Of a stretch of DNA of 64,000 bases, positions 1 through 15,497 are shown piece by piece. The DNA comes from the human T2T-CHM13v2.0 reference genome, Homo sapiens. The DNA is taken from NCBI RefSeq assembly GCF_009914755.1, contig NC_060945.1. One strand, 5' to 3'. The stretch's first letter is position 1. Every line of letters starts with the position of its first letter. Below the pieces are notes generated by a model that was not told where the DNA came from, searched no databases, and saw only the letters and a program-made list of their open reading frames with translations. A program made the position numbers and the translations under genes.

Positions 1-75
1 TTGGCCAGGATGGTCTCAAACTTCTGACCTCAAGTGATCTACCTGCCTTGGCTTCCCGAAATGTTGGGGTTACAG
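1..75 (-). mobile_element. Alu left-arm fragment (runs off the window edge)
   Basis: Reverse complement matches the Alu left arm (+ strand TTGGCCAGGATGGTCTCAAAC...GACCTCAAGTGATC...GTTACAG). Confidence 0.9.
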
Positions 76-229
76 TCTGATATAACTATTGCTACTTTTG
101 CACAGTTATGGTTTCTATTTCTCAATTTTCAGTCTATATGTGTCTTAACAGGTGAAGTGAGTTTCTTGTTGGCAATGTGAAATTGAGTCTATTTTTAAAA
201 AAAAATCTATTCAGCTAGCCTATATTCTA

Positions 230-542
<313 letters not shown>

Positions 543-1532
543 TAAATTGTGGAATTTAAGCCAGTTACATTTAAGTTTTTTATTGAGATGTGTGGTCTTC
601 CTAGTGTCATTTTGTTGATGTTTTTCTGATTTTTTGTATACTCTTTGTTGTTTTCTTTCTCTTTTATTTTTTTATCTTTGTAATTTGGTGGTTTTCTGTA
701 GTGATATTGTTTGATGCTTTTCTTTTTCCTCATTTGTGTATCTGATCTGCCAGTGAGTTTTTCACTTTTGTGTATTTTCACACCATGGCATATATTGTCA
801 TTTCACCTCCAGATATAGGACTCCTTTAGGCAATTCTTGTAGTGCTGGTCTAGTGGTGATGAATTCCCTTAAGTTTCACTTGTCTTGGAAAGACCATTTT
901 TCCATTTCTAAAGAATAGCTTTACTGAGTTTTGCATTCTTGACTGGCATGGTGTTGTTGCTTTTTTTTCCCCCAGCACTTTGAGTATAACATCACATTCT
1001 CTCTCTTGTCCCATAAGGTTTCTGTTGAGAAATCTGCTGTTTGTTACTGTGATTGGAATTTCCTTATATGTAACTTAACTCTTTTCTCTTGGTGTTTTTA
1101 GAATTCTCTCATTGTCTTTGATTGTTGACAGTTTGAATATAATAATCCTTGGAGATGACCTTTATGGGTTAAATCTATTTGGGGATTTTTGAGCTTCCTG
1201 TATCTGAATATCTACATCTCTTCCAAGACTTAGGAATTTTTCAGCTATTATTTTATTAAATACATTTTCTATGCCTTTTGAAATCTCTTCTCCTTCTGAA
1301 TGTCCTAAATTGTGAAAATGTGTTTGTTTAATGTCCCATATATCACATAAATGTTCATTATTCTTTTTTTCTTTTTTATCTGACTTGGTTATTTCAAACC
1401 TGTTTTCAAGTTAAGAAATTCTTTCATCTGCTTGATCAATTCTATTGTTGAATATTTTGATTTTATTTTTAAATTTCATTCATTAATTCTTCAGTTCCAA
1501 GATTTCTGTTTTGTTCTATTTAAATGATATTT

Positions 1533-1951
1533 TGTATTGGTTCATTCTAACATTCCTATAAAGAAATACTTAAATTTCCCAAGAAATTTATTTAAAAAGA
1601 GGTTTAATTGGCTCATGGTTCTGCAGGCTGTACAGGAAGCATAGCAGAATCTGCTTATGGGGATGCCTCAAAGCTTCTAATAATGACAGAAGACAATGGA
1701 GGAGCTGGTACACCCCATGGCAAAAGCAGGATCAAGAGAGCAAAAGGGGAGGTGCTACACACTTTTAAATGACAAGATATCATGAGAACTCACTCACTAT
1801 CATGAGGACAGTACCAAGGAGAATGGTGCTAAACAATTCATGAGAAATTCACCTCCATGATCCAATCACCATCCACCAGGCCCCACCTCCAACATTGGAG
1901 ATTACATTTTAATATGACATTTGTGCATGAGCATACATCCAAACTATATCA
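1533..1951 (-). mobile_element. MSTA/MSTB-type MaLR solo LTR
   Basis: TGTATT...AAACTATATCA termini and MST motifs (GGTTTAATTGGCTCATGGTTCTGCAGGCTGTACAGGAAGCAT); 5-bp TSD TATTT/TATCT. Confidence 0.9.
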
Positions 1952-3493
1952 TATCTATATTCTTGTTGAATTTCTCATTTAGATCATAAATTGTTTTTCT
2001 GATTTATTTTCATTACACTTGTTCTATTTTTTTTTTGCTGAGTTGTCTTTACAATTATTTTGAATTTCTTCTCAGGCATTCCATAAGTTTCTTTTTCCTT
2101 GGGGTTTGTTATTGCAGAATTATTGTGTACCTTTGGAGGTTCATGTTTTGTTTTTTCATGTTACTTGTGCCCCTACATTGATATCTGAACATCTCATGTA
2201 ACAGTTGCTTCTTTCAATTTTAGGAAGTATATTTTGTGGATAAAGACTTCTTCCTGTAAATATATTTATAATGTCAGTTGGGCAAGGTGGTTTGGCTTTG
2301 GTGGGTTCAGTATCTAGTTCCTATATGATTTATTTTGCTGTAATCAATGACAGCAGTGTCTGCAAATTTCTCAGTAGCCTAGGCTGTGGCATGGTTTTTC
2401 TGAGTATGAATACAACAGGCAGGCTAGTCCTCAGGTTTCTGGCAGCATGTATGGGTGTCAGCAGTGGTCCTTAGTCAGACTGGTTTTCAGGCCCCTGGGT
2501 GGCATGTACATTCTTGTAGTGGTGGTGGTTAGCTCTACATAGGCCAGTTTTTGTGTCCCTGGGAAGTGCATATGGGTGCAAGTGACACCACTGCTGGAGG
2601 TGCAGGGTCACTGTCAATGGTGGTGGCCCCAGGCAAGTAGTTATCAGGCTCTGCAGGGCATGAGCTTCAGCTCCTTGTGTCTTGGGGGACGTCTCCTGAA
2701 GTGTCAAAGCCCCTGTTCCCTAGGATATGGGGCACTGCATGAGTTCAGTTTCAGAGTGCACAGGTGCACCACTGTGTAGAGCTAAGGTCATGATGCAGTG
2801 GCCCTCCTGGTGGATGAAGAGGAATGTTAACAGGTTTCTTGATTGTGCTTCTGCAGGAGGTATTGGGCCCCAGGGCAATACTCTGGTGTTGGCTCTTCTT
2901 TCAAAATGGTGCTGTGCTGCAGCAGACAGTGTCCTGGGGAGTGGGGAGAACCCAACATGAATTCCCTTTGTGGAATAATGCAGTTGCGTGGACTTCAAGC
3001 AACTCCCTATATACTAGGCTTAGGGCCTGTGAGGGCTGAGGGGCTCTTTTGTAGCTAGAATTGCAGGTGTTTGTCGTGAAAACATGAACCCTGGGTTTTT
3101 TCTTACCCGTTCCCTGTGCTGGGGAGTTGTATTGGCTCTAAGCCAATCCCAGCTGGATTTGCTTAGCTTTCTATGCTGTCATTTTAAGTTTTAGTGCTGA
3201 GCGAGTCTTTGTAATTCCTTGCTGAATGCTAATGTTCTTCCTTAGGCACTCTATTTGATGTGTTCTTATCTATTTGTTGTTTTGGTCCTTTTTAGTGTGG
3301 AGAAGGGAAGTGCTAGGTACCTTTAGTCCACCATCTTAATGACATCCCAGGTAAAATTTATTAATTGGATAAATATATCCATTTATGCTATTGTAACAAA
3401 CATTATTTTCTTCATATTACACTCCATAAACTATCTGCATTTAATTTTGCTGTATTATGATGTAAGTTATAATATATTTTATCTAATATTTCA

Positions 3494-3914
3494 TGTTAAA
3501 GCAAATTAAAGTAGAGACCAGGCCTGAAGAATCTCTAAGCAGACAAAGCCACCTAGACATAAGGAACCTTAACATTGTTTAATTTACAAACATAAGCAAA
3601 ACTTAATTTGAGCTACTTATTGTTATTGCCTATATTAAAGAAAAAAACTTAAGGCTAACCAGGCAGACTTTGTCAACTAATATATAGCTTTATAACTAGA
3701 AACTTTGCAGCAGAATAGATCATATAAAGCAACGTATAACTGCAAACAATCAAATTTTTTTCTGCTTTACTTTCATGTTCATAAGCCCTCTGCTTATATT
3801 CCCTAGGCAAAGCCCCCAATCCACTTCTGGTATGGAGCTGCCAGATTGATAAGTCACTGTTTGTTCAAATAAAATCTTCAAAAATTTTATTATGCCTCAG
3901 TTTACCTTTTAAAA
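3494..3914 (+). mobile_element. MER4-group ERV1 solo LTR (LTR54-like; family tentative)
   Basis: TGTTAAA start and AATAAA near the 3' end; colinear with the opposite-strand copy at 41104-42055 (shared GAGACCAGGCCTGA and AAACATAAGCAAAACTTAA). Confidence 0.7.
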
Positions 3915-4989
3915 TTAATAATTTTCTACATATATTAGGTAATTGATTTTTATTTTATAATTTCCAATGGTGTACTTGTCATATATCATTTTGTTGTGTA
4001 TGTTTTATCATATCTAGAGATACATATTATATTTCAATCAACTATTATCCTATTATTGTTTTAATATCATATCATATCATATTATTGTGATTTACAAATA
4101 GGTTTTAATATCAGAGGAAAATATGTAAACCCTTAACTGGCAATATTTTTCCCTCAGAAGTTATAGAAATCTGAAGCAGTAATTCATCTAAATTGACTCT
4201 AAAATTATTTGTTGAAGCTATAAAACTTTTATGACATCTAACAATTGCAATCAGAATTTGTTACAACTAATAATTAATTTAGGATAAATTTGAATGTTTT
4301 AAATACTGTCTTCTTATCAAAGTACATGATACATTGTTCCATTTATTAAATTCTTTATTGCCTTTTGATATACCATATAGCTCTCCCAGTATAGATTTTT
4401 TCAAATTTGCATTTGCACCATAAATTTTAAGTTAGCATTTTTTGCTATCTAGCGATAATGAAATATATTCCCAATATACTTACAAATGCACTGTCACTGA
4501 AATATGTGACAATACTATTGAATTGTATATGTCAATTTTGTAGCTAATTAGATCTTTAAATAGGCGTTTTTTTATAATGACTTGGGATTTTCAGAAATTG
4601 TTAATATAGAATACAAATACTATTAATTTTGTCTCTCTTTTGAAAAAAGGCAAATAGTAATACATATTTACATGCTATTCTTAAATTTTAAGGAACTGTT
4701 TTGATTATGGTGATATTTACTTTTTGTTTAAGAAAGTTTAACAGGATTGAATACTAATTTCAACCAAATTACCTCTTGCTATATATTTTGATTAAATGAT
4801 TTGTTTATTTTACAACTAACTGTGTTGCTTAATATTAATTTAACTTTGAATATTGAAATGATTTTTAAAAATATTTTACAGCGCACTTTTGAAATTTAAT
4901 CTGCTTGTCTTCGTGCATTACTTTTGACCTATACTATGAGATTTTATGTAATAATAAGATTTTATACATATTGGCTTTCTAAAAATTAA

Positions 4990-5345
<356 letters not shown>

Positions 5346-6579
5346 ATCTTTATCGCTCTCTCCCCTTATTTGAGTAGTTTAACTGTTGTCTTTTCTGTTA
5401 GTATTTTTCTCCTAAAATGATAGTTCTTGAGTTTGGTTAGTGCTCTATTTCTCTTCATTATTTTTTCTTCTCTCATCTGTGTTTCCCATGTTTCTTGAGG
5501 CTCACTTTAATAATAATTCTGCTAATTGATTGATTTTATTTAATTAAATTCAGTAAAATTTTATTTGGGTTCCAAGTTTTTGGCCCAATTCTTTCTCATA
5601 TATAGCTTTTTAACTTTAATTAACTTATAAATTATTTTGATTCTATCATTTAGCTTGATTTTGCCATGAAGCAACTAAAGCAGAGTATGAGTTTGTTGCA
5701 GATTTTCTTTTATTTCTACAATTTTGCAACATCATTAAAAAAGGAAGCCTGTAAAATTTCTCCTTTGATGACTTTTGAAAATAATTTTTATCTCTGTGTG
5801 TGTATTTGAATACGCGTGTGTATGTGTGTGTTATTTAACCCCTAACCAATGATTATTGTTTCAGACTATTTCATAGGTCCTTAAAAATGACATATGTCTT
5901 CTCTATTGTTTATAGTTGTAATTATTTAATAATTCTACAGCATTCAGCACATTCCATTTTCTCCTATCATTCACTTTTGCCCACTCGATTGCTCAAGGGT
6001 TAAATGATTTCTAAAATAGCTGTTCCGGTGCATTTTTGTTGCATTGTAAAATATTTTTTAAAATATATTCATGTCATTTTTATGTTGCATTAAGGTCCAC
6101 GAATGTTAGCTTATCTTTTTGGATAACTTCATTTATTTAATAATATTTTTTCTGATTTCTACATTTTAATGTAATCATTGTGATATGTAGTTATACTGAT
6201 GTTATTGCTATTGATTAGACTGAATCATTTCACTATGAAGATAATTTGTAAAATATGTTTTAGTTTTGCTGTTTATACTCTTTAGAAAATACACAGTAAA
6301 GAGAATGCTTTCTGAATTTTCTTTGTGATTGATTTGTTTTTGTTGTTTCTTTGTAACTGCACATGAGAATTATATTTTTAGCAAAGAGGTTTTAAACTAG
6401 TTTATTTTTATATTCCAAATTAATCCTTTGCTGACTTTCGTAAGTTTTCCTGTTATATTGTGGTGGTGGTGGTTGCTGTTTTCTTGATTTACTATGCATG
6501 CTCTATACACTGCTTATCCTCTGACTTTTTCCTCCAGCATTGATTTTAGCAAAAGTATATATCACTTTAATTATTAGCT

Positions 6580-6720
6580 TTCTACACTTGAGATAGGTAA
6601 TATTATCCATATTTCAAAATACTTTTAGTAAGAAGCAAATGTTTAAAAGCATTTTTTGTCACTAGCCAGTTAAAAGTGGTAAAAACTAGGACTTTAACAT
6701 AAGTCTGATTTTAAGGCCCA
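6580..6720 (-). mobile_element. MIR fragment (degenerate)
   Basis: Weak similarity to the MIR core and 5' region on the minus strand. Confidence 0.4.
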
Positions 6721-9610
6721 TATTATACACACATTGCAGAAATGAAAAAGAAAATCTACTTGTACATTTTTCCAAGGCTAATAGTTCACATACTGAGCTA
6801 TAAAACAGTATTTGATACTGCAAGAGAACATGGGCTGAGATGAAATGGGATGAGCTCATTTCAGTAAAGTATATCTGTGTATTTCAGGGTCTGTGTGCGT
6901 TAATTGGTGTAATATTTTAGAAGACATGATCAGTAATTTTCATTTGATATAAGTGGCCATTTGGCAACACGGTAGTGCTGTAAGAAGCTGAGTATTGGGA
7001 TCAAAAGGACACTTGCCTTAGCTGACTATTACCTCTTATTTAATATACATTAAATAGACTATAAGTCAGGAAACCTTGTAAAGAAGCTATGGCATCATTT
7101 ATAGTTATTGAAAATAATTTAACTAAATTCTGATAGAATGATTAAAAGAAACTGTTATACAGAAGAAAATGTACAAACAAAGGGTTAGAAGAATTTGGTG
7201 ATGCCCTAAGTGAGATTAGAAGTCACCTGAAAATGACAGAGAACCTAGTCTTTGTGATTGCCAAGGTCAACTTAATACATGACAAGAGTTTGGTTAAAAG
7301 CAAAATAGTATTATTTTTACATATGTTAGTTTGCATACAGTTGAAAACGATTAGGGCTAAAATATAAGAATTATGACTATAAACACGTCTGTATCTGAAA
7401 GTCACACACAGATAAATATCCTATTATAGGTTGTAGAAATGCCTTCCTATACTACCTTATTTACCTCAACCAGAGTAATTGGAAGCAACACATATGGAAG
7501 GTGGGATACCCATCAAAGGAGTATTTTGGTGGCATTTGTAAATTATTTCTATAACTAAGAACACATTAATAAATCTAGTACTTAAATGTGTAGGAATATT
7601 TTGAAGCTTGGTTATCCTATGAATTTCTGAGAATATCAATTAACTGGGACATCAGATTTTTTCAAATATGATGTAATATTGTATTAAAATAACATATTTC
7701 TGAAGAGAAAAACAGATCAATTTGTAACCCAAAATAAATCAAACTAGAAGCTGACTCATGTAAAGAACATAATCATGATGGATAATCTAAGAGAGAAAAA
7801 AATGTTTGGTTGTGTTTTACATGTGTTGATAGATTTCACCCCTATGAGAATACATTTTTTAACTGTTATGTCACTTACATTGTAATCAGATAAACAGGCC
7901 ATTGACAGGTAGACAAATAAGTGAACAAAATGACTTCAGGAAGAAATAATTGGTCTGAAAATACAAAATACAGGGATATGATATAAGATTACCAGAATAT
8001 CAAAGAGATATCTGATTCATTAATGTGATGGTACATTTAATTAATATTAAGTACAAAAAAATCAAATTTTAGATCCAAAAAGGAAGGTAACTTCTAGTGA
8101 ATTCTATTGTAGGTTTATCATATTCCAACTAATAATGTGAAAAATAGGAAAGAATGATGCCAACATTTAGAGTAAAGCGCTGAGAAACGATGAATTAAGA
8201 TCACCAATTTCATCACTAAATGTTAGCCCTTACAATCCTTGTAATTCATTGGTTCCACTGCTTGAGCTCTCAGAATATATACAGACTGTCAAATACAGGC
8301 AGACCAATAATTAGTGCATGATATTAAGGATTTCAAATGATAAATTCTATATATGGAACTGCTTAAATAAGATGGTATATAACTAATAAGATTTCTCCAT
8401 TTTGTGCTTGAACAAGTTTCTTAGTTTCAACAAATAAACACACACACAAACACTCAGCTAAATTTAAATTTCTGATAAACAAATAATTTCATAATGTAAT
8501 TACATTCTAAATATTGCGTGAAATAAATGTATACTAAAAATAATTTGTTTTTTTTCTGAAATTTAAATTTGACTAATCATCTTGTACTTTAGCAAACCTA
8601 GGCTGATAAGATGTAATTACATATGATATTAAAAAACTTGGATAAAATATTGAATTTTTTAGCTTATAATTCAATACCAAGGCTCTGGGAGAATATGGGA
8701 CATTGTAGAAAAATAGGATTCTCTAAAAAATATCAAGCTATTGGTGTGTGTCAAAGACTTACATTCACTCTTCAGTAAGGTGTTAAAGGAGACAGTTGTC
8801 AATGTTACTAAAGAGAGGAACTTCAATTTAAGCTTACCTGCTTGAAAGAAGGGGAACAGATACATATATAGTTGTGAGAAAAGAAAGCCTTCCTGCTTCT
8901 TGCTAAAAATCCAACAGTGCTAAGGATCTATAATTTGCAACTGCCAAAAGTGACTTGCCTGCCCCAAGCTAAAGTTGTGGCCAGCCAAAAAATGAAGGTC
9001 AGAAATGTCACAATTTAGCTTGACATCTAAGGGGAAATTAAAACAAAACAAAAATCAAAAAGGGATCTTTTTATTTATTGCTTGCTAAAATACATCAATG
9101 GATGCTGCGTTTGGCAGAGATAATAGTATCCTTACCCATAGACACAATTTAAAAGATGGCAGATAGGGGGTGGTGTGATTTGTTTTGTCCATTATTTCTC
9201 ATTAATTAGAGTCAAATATCAAGTAATGAAGTCACAAATTGAGGCCTACAAATCTATGGATAAAATACAGAAAATTCAAGCGTAGGCTCCACATTCAACT
9301 TTCATGATTTAATAGATTTCTGCTGCTGGAGATTAAGAAAGGCCTCTCCTCCCCATTAAAGCTTTGGGCAGCAGTCTAAAGTTTTAAGAAAATTAGAGCT
9401 CTGGCATCAAGCTGCATGGAGAATGTATGATTTTTCCTTCTAGGAGGCTCATATCAACAGTGAATGGGCAGACTACAGATCAGCAGCCTTGAAAACATGT
9501 CAAGGATCAAGTTACTTTAGTATTCCTGCTTTATCGGAGGTGATGTAAATCCTGTACCAGTGATCACTGTATATTTTTTCAATTTACAGCCTTTTCTAAA
9601 TTAAAATTGT

Positions 9611-9757
9611 GGCTGGGAACTGTGGCTTATGACCACAATTCCAGCACTTTGGGAGGCCAAGGTAGGAGGATGGCTTAAATCCAGGAGTTCGAAACCAACC
9701 TGGGCAGCAAAACAAGACCCCATTTCTACAAAAACAAACAAACAAATAAATAAATAA
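9611..9757 (+). mobile_element. FLAM/AluJ-type left monomer
   Basis: Single Alu monomer (GGAGGATGGCTT...CCAGGAGTTCGAAACCAACCTGGGCA) followed by a (CAAA)/(TAAA) tail. Confidence 0.85.
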
Positions 9758-10269
9758 TTGAAATTAAAAAATTTTTTAAATGGAAACTTAAAAAAATAGA
9801 ATTTATTTGGTTGCCTTGTTTTTCCATTCACTGTTACATTTTCTGTGTGGAGTCATGTTTAAATTATCAGATAGTTCAAAGGTTGCAAGTTTTAAAAAGA
9901 AACATCTAGATATTTTAGGTTTATATGTACCTCATGTTCATATTCTGCAATATGATAGTACCTATAAATAAAGGCATAATGGCTACCTCTGCATTCATAT
10001 AATTGGTATATGAGAGTGTTGCATTGGATTAGAAATTATTGAATGTGTATATTTAAGTGAAGATAGCTATCTACATACTTTGAGCATGTGAGGCATTGGA
10101 TCTTGAGTAAAAGACTACAGGATTTATTGTTTATCTGAGTTCATTATCTGATTTCTTTATGTGATTATAGTAACCAAGGAGGAGCACCCTTTTCACCAGG
10201 GATTGGGTTATAAATAGCCAATTGACTACTTGTTTCACATCAGAATCACCAAACTTCAAACAATTATCA

Positions 10270-10562
10270 CTTTTTTTATTTTTTAGACAGGATCTCACTC
10301 TGTCACCCAGGCTGGAGTGCAGTGGTAAGATTATGACTTACTATAGCTTAGGCCTCCTGGGCTCAGGTGATCTTCCTGTCTCAGCCCCCTGACTGGCTAG
10401 GACAGCAGGCATGCACCACCACACCAGGATAATTTTTGTTTTTGTTGAGACAGGCTTCCCTCATGTTGCCCAGGCTGGTCTCAATCTCCTGGGCTCAAAT
10501 GATCCTCCTGCCTTGGCCTCTCAAAGTGCTTGGAGTACAGACATGAGCCACGGTGCTTAACC
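10270..10562 (-). mobile_element. AluJ
   Basis: Diverged dimeric Alu with J-type CCTGGGCTCAAATGATCCTCCTGCC. Confidence 0.9.
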
Positions 10563-10702
10563 AAGATAAAAGCTTATGGCTCCAGAGTTTACAGGTTTCA
10601 TATTCACTGGCAGAAGGAGATATGAGAGAGAAAAAAGGATTCAGGAAGAAGAGGAGAAAGAAAAAAAAAATAAAGTACTCTAAAAGAAAATGAACCTATA
10701 GA

Positions 10703-10991
10703 CTATTGTTTTCAATCTGGATGTTGCAAAATATTTGTGAGTTATAAAATTAATCCACTGGTTGATGGTCAATAACTTATTTTTTTAAAGAAACAATAAA
10801 GTAGAATTAAATAGGATGGAAAATAGAAGTATTAAAATCATCAATGTGCATCATATAGAGTAAAAACTATTGTTTTATTACACTTTTATTTATTTGTGCA
10901 GTATATGTGTACATGTGTGATTTTCTAGGATTGTGATGTAAAATATATTTCTTACTTTAAGTAGTTGTTCAAAAATGTTTGAAATGCAGTG
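10703..10991. mobile_element. hAT-Charlie-type non-autonomous DNA transposon (MER113-like; tentative)
   Basis: Degenerate TIR-like ends (CTATTGTTTTCAA ... TTTGAAATGCAGTG) around an AT-rich body. Confidence 0.45.
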
Positions 10992-11094
10992 AACATATTC
11001 TACTTCCAGGAGCTTATCATTTTGATGTATAAGCTACCCCAATATTCTCTCTACTATCTTCATTTCTTATTTTTATTTCACTTATATTAATGTT

Positions 11095-11260
11095 ATAAGT
11101 ACTTTATACACACTAAGTCATGTAATCCTCCCAACATCCCCATGAAGGTGTTACTATTATTATCCCAATTAGTGCAGTGATATAATTGAAATACACAGAA
11201 TTTATGTAATTTGCCAAAGCTCACTCAGTTGGCAAATGGCAGGGTTAAGATTTACACTAG
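11095..11260 (-). mobile_element. MIR
   Basis: MIR core in reverse: AATCCTCCCAACATCCCCATGAAGG...TATTATTATCCC...GTAATTTGCCAAAGCTCAC. Confidence 0.7.
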
Positions 11261-11793
11261 CACCTGGAAAACTATCGATTGAGTGGAAGCAATGAAATAC
11301 AAAACAAAATCTGTATTTTGTAAAAATATATTATAAAATGTTTCATGGGAAAAAGACAATGCTCCTGAAACTGGAACAGATACTGTCATATTAACAGTGG
11401 TGCGTTAGAATGGAAGTTACATCTTCTTGTTGCTGAGAACCTTAGGCCCATCCTGGACCAGTTCCAGGTCTTATGAGAATGTGGTACACTATGATAACTG
11501 CTTAGAAATTGCTGAGAAATCCTTGAATCTCGAAATGCCCACATAAATCTTTAAAGTGGTCATTATTTACAATAACATTAGTAACCCTTTTTCTTGAAAA
11601 CTAATAGTATAATACAATTAGTTGTTAAAATTTTTTGTTTCAAAATAGTACTTATAATATCTATCCAGAGACCAAAACAATATCTTTGGTAATTAAGAAA
11701 AGTGCAATTTATATTTTAAAATAAAATATTGAATTTAAAGTGGTTTTATCTTTATGTGATAATATTTAATTAGCTCATAAATACTTAAGATTA

Positions 11794-12133
<340 letters not shown>

Positions 12134-12168
12134 TGAACCAGGCTCCCAAATGAAGATGCAGAAAGCAT

Positions 12169-12250
12169 AGCTAAGTATTATCTAATTTCATATATATATA
12201 AAGCTAAGCATTACCTAATTGTTTATATATATAAAGCTAAGTATTATCTA
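12169..12250. repeat. 33-bp tandem repeat, ~2.5 copies
   Basis: AGCTAAG[T/C]ATTA[T/C]CTA starts at 12169, 12202 and 12235. Confidence 0.85.
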
Positions 12251-12374
12251 GAGAGAGAGATATATATATTTACAGCAATTTATAAATAATGTAGCCACTG
12301 CACATAGCTTTAGAAAAATAGAAAATAAAGATGCTCATAGTCATCCTTGTACCTGTCTGTGTAAGATACCCCCT

Positions 12375-12540
12375 TTATGCTAGGCATTTTATGTACTTCA
12401 TTTCAAAACAATAATGAGACCTACTAAACTGAGGGTCAGTGAGATTAACGAAATGGCCCAAGACCTTGCAGTGCATTGGCTGAAGAATAAACATGAAATT
12501 CCAAATTTGTCTGAGTCCAAAATACGTATCTTTTCAACTA
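12375..12540 (-). mobile_element. MIR fragment
   Basis: AAACTGAGGGTCAGTGAGATTAAC...GCCCAAGACC...GTCTGAGTCCAAA. Confidence 0.55.
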
Positions 12541-13720
12541 CAATGATCTTGCATTTTTTAATACAAGCTGGACACCTCTACAAAAAGGAGGAATGTAGAA
12601 AACATTATTTATTTTCAGAAAAAGTAAAAACAGACCTAAGTTCAGTAGAAAAACATGTTTCTATGCCTAAATTTAGCTTGTGACAGAGACTAGTCATTAA
12701 ATGAACTCATTTTCACACGGGACATCTTGGTTTATGCGTTGAGAGAGAACTAAGTTGGATGGAGTCAGCGTAGTGTAGAGTGTGTAACCGTGGTAATTGT
12801 TTCAAACTGTGGGCCTTTTTAACTTAAAATTGATTTCCTTTCTGTACTAATATGGAAAGACATGATAAAGCAACTACAAAGAATTTAGTACTAACATTTC
12901 TGAAGTCATTCACATGTCTAGGTTATCTTATTCAGATATTACAGCCAAAAGTGCTATAAAATCTTTGTGAAGAGATGAATTTTACCAAATTTCAAACAGT
13001 TTTTACTAGCTTGGACTTTTATGAGCATGGTTGAAGATGCAAACTTTGCAGAGAAGAAGTTAAAATTTTTCTCAGATGTGCATATATATTACCAAGATCA
13101 TTATATCAGAGTCAAGAGATAAATGTCCCTACATTAATAAATAGATAAATAATTTAACCGTCTAAAAGGTAGGCAGTCCCACCAAGATGTCTTCATCCCT
13201 TCTTTGCAACACTTTTATCTCTTTCACTGCGATCTTAATTTTTATTCACATTAGGTATATTACCCTTAATTCTCCTCTTTAAATGTCTTAGATGCTCTTA
13301 GCAACATCAAATTCTGATGACTCCCATCGTGCCTTCACAGTTTTAAGTATATTTTACTGCTCTGTGACTTGCAGGGCATAATTTAAAGCTAAAATGTAAC
13401 TGTTTAATCTTTCTTAGTTCAGTAAATTTATGTCTATGAGAAATGGAAGAACTGCAGGAGGGATAATGCTCCAGTGAATTAATATTTTCGAACCACCTTA
13501 CCACATTGCCACATTTTCTCAGCTGTAGGGCTCAGCCGAGCAGGAAAGGCCAAGGGAAATGTAAGGGGGCAATGGCTGTTCCAGTGATGGTGAAAACATT
13601 GGCATAGCTGTTTGTAGCAATGCTCATTGTCACTGTAATGGCATTGCAAGATCACCTCAATAATATTTAAACATAGTCATGCAAATATATTTCTAAAATT
13701 ATGATTTTGAGTTTACATAC

Positions 13721-13828
13721 CATATTCTGAAAACCATAGTACAATTCTACATTCCTGTATTCTGAAAACCATAGTACAATTCTGCATTCCCATATTCTGA
13801 AAACCAGAGTACAATTCTACATTCCTGT
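13721..13828. repeat. 35-bp minisatellite, 3 copies
   Basis: [CA/TG]TATTCTGAAAACCA[T/G]AGTACAATTCT[A/G]CATTCC at 13721, 13756 and 13791. Confidence 0.95.
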
Positions 13829-14260
13829 CCAAAATTTCAAACATAGCTCAACGACAAAGATATGTGCCAATCAGAAATCCTTCTGCCTCCACATTGGATA
13901 ATGAGTCATTTTAAAATCAATGTAAATACATCAATTCTCTGCTAGAAAATAAAGTGGGTTAGACCACACATGTGAAGATACTGAATGTAAGGCTTTAGAT
14001 AGGATACTCTGACAATATTTGTATTTACTCTTCAAGCCTATACGGGTAGTTGCATATCTTTTCACACACCACTGAAAAGCTAGATGAATTCTAATTATGT
14101 GAATTTAAACTGACTGTTGTGAATAAGATTCTGTCTTCTAGCATTAAATCTGGGGGGGGGGCGGGAAACTAGCAGGAAGCAAGTGGCTAATGGGAAAGTA
14201 ATTGACTTTCTATGGCTACACATTTCTTATTACACAAAAAATAAAAAACAAAAGGGGTAT

Positions 14261-15115
14261 TGTTTAAGAAAAATTCAAACTGTATTTTTCTCTGCTCTCA
14301 CACCACAACAATCAACAACACACAAAAGGACTTCTGTGGCCAAATTGGTGGTGTATGGTGGGGGTTGATTTCTGCATCAGACAACAATAGGGTGTCCTCC
14401 AATTCAATTCTGACTCTATCTACATGGAGATAAGTGTCAGATTCCACAGGTGGGGAGCTCAGTTTTCAAAACTACCCTCCCTCCGGACGCTAGTCACGAA
14501 AGTAGGTCTCTGAAAATTCTGAACAAGCAGCTTCGAGTTGGGTTTTCCAGAACCAGTAATTTTCTACAGCAGCTCACAGTATTCAGGGAAAAACTAAATG
14601 TGCCAGTTTATTATAAAGGATATTACAAAGGATACAGATGAAGCAATGCCTAGGATCAGGTATGTGAGAAAGGGCACAGAGCTTCCGTGCCCTCTCTGAA
14701 CGTGTTGCCTTCTGGGAATCGCCACTTGTTCAGGTATCTGTAAACTCTCTGAATCTTGTCCTCATGGGCCTTTTATGGAAACTTCACTGGATAGGCATGA
14801 TTGACAAGTGTGTGGAAATGTGACTGGACAAAAGGAGTATAATCTTAACCCAGCAACGCTTGTCTGTTCAGATTCTTCTTGGCCTCGCATGCAGTATTCC
14901 TTTCTTCAGTGTGTGCGGCAGGACCCCCTCTGGAATGAAGGTCTTAGGACCCACAGTCAGATTAGAGTTCTGCCTTAGGCAAGTGAAAGGAAGGCAGGAC
15001 AAGGTTGAAGAGAGAGATTCTGTTTTCTGAGGCCCAAAGTCCCCCAACATTATGAAAAAGGATATGGGAGTTATGAGGCAAAAACTGGATGAAAAAATAC
15101 ATACGTAATATGACA
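14261..15115 (-). mobile_element. MER21-group ERV LTR
   Basis: MER21-type motifs (GGGTGTCCTCCAATTCAATTCTGAC, CAGTTTATTATAAAGGATATTACAAAGGATACAGATGAAG); homologous to 39866-40766. Confidence 0.75.
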
Positions 15116-15160
15116 AACACATACCAGTATATTGCAGAATGAGAGCAAGAAAAGTTGCCC

Positions 15161-15497
<337 letters not shown>

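Noticed and set aside
2271-3058. Cluster of overlapping ORFs in a GC-richer segment
   Set aside because: It lies in an old L1M 5'UTR; ORFs on both strands reflect fewer stop codons and show no domain.
8829-8845. Strong minus-strand donor CAG|GTAAGC, and isolated + strand acceptors near 13520, 21739, 52300 and 53445
   Set aside because: No consistent exon chain or recognisable peptide; isolated sites are expected by chance in 64 kb.
13721-13828. Tandem repeats here and at 23751 as CRISPR-like arrays
   Set aside because: The units are head to tail with no unique spacers, there are no cas genes, and the DNA is primate.
14152-14165. G10 run as a G-quadruplex or promoter
   Set aside because: A single short homopolymer with no CpG island or other promoter context.
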